DNA from: Oopsacas minuta
Lineage: Eukaryota; Animalia; Porifera
Assembly: GCA_024704765.1 (NCBI GenBank)
Contig: JAKMXF010000310.1
Location: forward strand, 248,001-312,000
Direction of reading: 5' to 3'
DNA length: 64,000 nt
How positions within the stretch are numbered: position 1 is the first letter of the stretch; each line of letters starts with the position of its first letter. Below, piece after piece: positions 63,102-64,000 of this stretch. The position numbers and the translations under genes were made by a program. The notes beneath the pieces are model-generated. The model was given only the letters and a program-made list of their open reading frames with translations, was not told the DNA's origin and made no database searches.

Positions 63102-63237
63102 CAGTAGAACTCGGATAAGACGTATCCCCTCGGGAAACAGAAATTAGTACGTCTTATCCAAATATGTTTGCATTACAAATAATGATGACTGATATTTTGG
63201 GATATAAGAAATAGTACGTCTTAACCGAGTTCTCCTG
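63102..63237. mobile_element. pogo-type MITE (family of 55391-55540)
   Basis: TIR CAG(T/G)AGAACTCGG(A/T)TAAGACGTA; TA TSD. Confidence 0.85.
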
Positions 63238-63418
63238 TACCTATATTCAAATTATTACACTACTTATATAGTAGTACTCAACTTCTGGCGCTTAAATTAC
63301 GGAAGTCATAACTACGTAAATTGTGAATGAAATTCAGGTGTTTTTAATTAATTAATTAATTAAAATGATTGGCTTCAGCTAGGGAGCAATACGCCAGCTT
63401 TGATCTCAAGATAGTAAA

Positions 63419-63915
63419 TCCCATCATACACAATGCAAATTTGTTGCATCAATGTTGCAGGAATTAGGACACAGGTTCTTATTTCCAAAAACAAGATTCT
63501 TGGATCAACATTGTTTGGAAAATTCAACACATACACGATGCAACATCCCAACATTGTTGCAACTGCTGCATTCAACAAAGTTGCATAAAGTTGAGGTATT
63601 AAAAGGTGCATAGTGCATGCACGTTAGGTACATCTTGATGGAATTATATTAGAGCTGTTTTTGGATTTTCTACATTTACAAACAATGCCGCGAATGACCA
63701 ATGAGAATTTCCGTGGAAAGTTGTCTAAAACAATTGAAAGATTTCAAATAGGAATACCCTATCAGTAGATGCATAACGCGCATGTATTGTGTACCTAACC
63801 CATATGCACTATGTACTTAACTCACATGCGGTATGAAGTTTTTATTTTATGGAAATTTCCATGCAACATTGGTTTTGGGAGCATTTTTGGCATAATTGCA
63901 TCGTGTAGGAATAAT
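63419..63915. mobile_element. decayed Harbinger-type element related to 25204-25278
   Basis: CATACACAATGCAA at the left, TTGCATCGTGTAG at the right, internal TGTTGCA repeats; boundaries approximate. Confidence 0.4.
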
Positions 63916-64000
63916 GTTGTCAGCAACTTGTTGCAATAGGGAGTATGTATTTTCCTGCAATGTCGCATGCAACTAAGTTATCTAAGGGATTATCTAAGAG

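Noticed and set aside
1-64000. rRNA, tRNA or prokaryotic/HGT island
   Set aside because: No cloverleaf or rRNA signatures, and no operon or Shine-Dalgarno organisation. The IS1595-like transposase fits the eukaryotic Merlin group, and DPYD has the eukaryotic single-chain form.

Overview
AT-rich animal genomic DNA with short GT-AG introns (50-70 nt is common) and very dense DNA-transposon content. The style recalls a glass-sponge (Oopsacas-like) genome, but that is inference only. I reconstructed host genes by hand with consistent splice phases: a 6-exon orphan gene (38-2912), a TRIM/RBCC E3 ligase, a 10-exon USP53/54 deubiquitinase, a secreted BTBD9-type discoidin protein with a pseudogene twin, a tandem pair of 7TM receptor-like genes, intronless RPL3 and DPYD, a divergent Maf-like bZIP, and RRS1 (with a 1-nt frameshift). 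Mobile DNA includes a near-pristine 3.9-kb Merlin/IS1595 element with about 595-bp TIRs, several MULE elements, many hAT, pogo/Tc1 and Harbinger MITEs (several with exact TSDs), and decayed LINE and Mutator-like remnants. The strongest candidates for undescribed biology lie at 30.2-39.9 kb: a hAT-ended element with a perfect TSD carrying a spliced NRF1/Ewg-like DNA-binding gene, a second divergent NRF1-like gene, and MULE transposases fused to a C-terminal RING finger. A further candidate is a MULE-bounded element at 57.4-59.6 kb in which the FLYWCH coding region has folded back into a 158-bp hairpin. No rRNA, tRNA or CRISPR array was seen. Family calls come from recalled motifs, not database searches.
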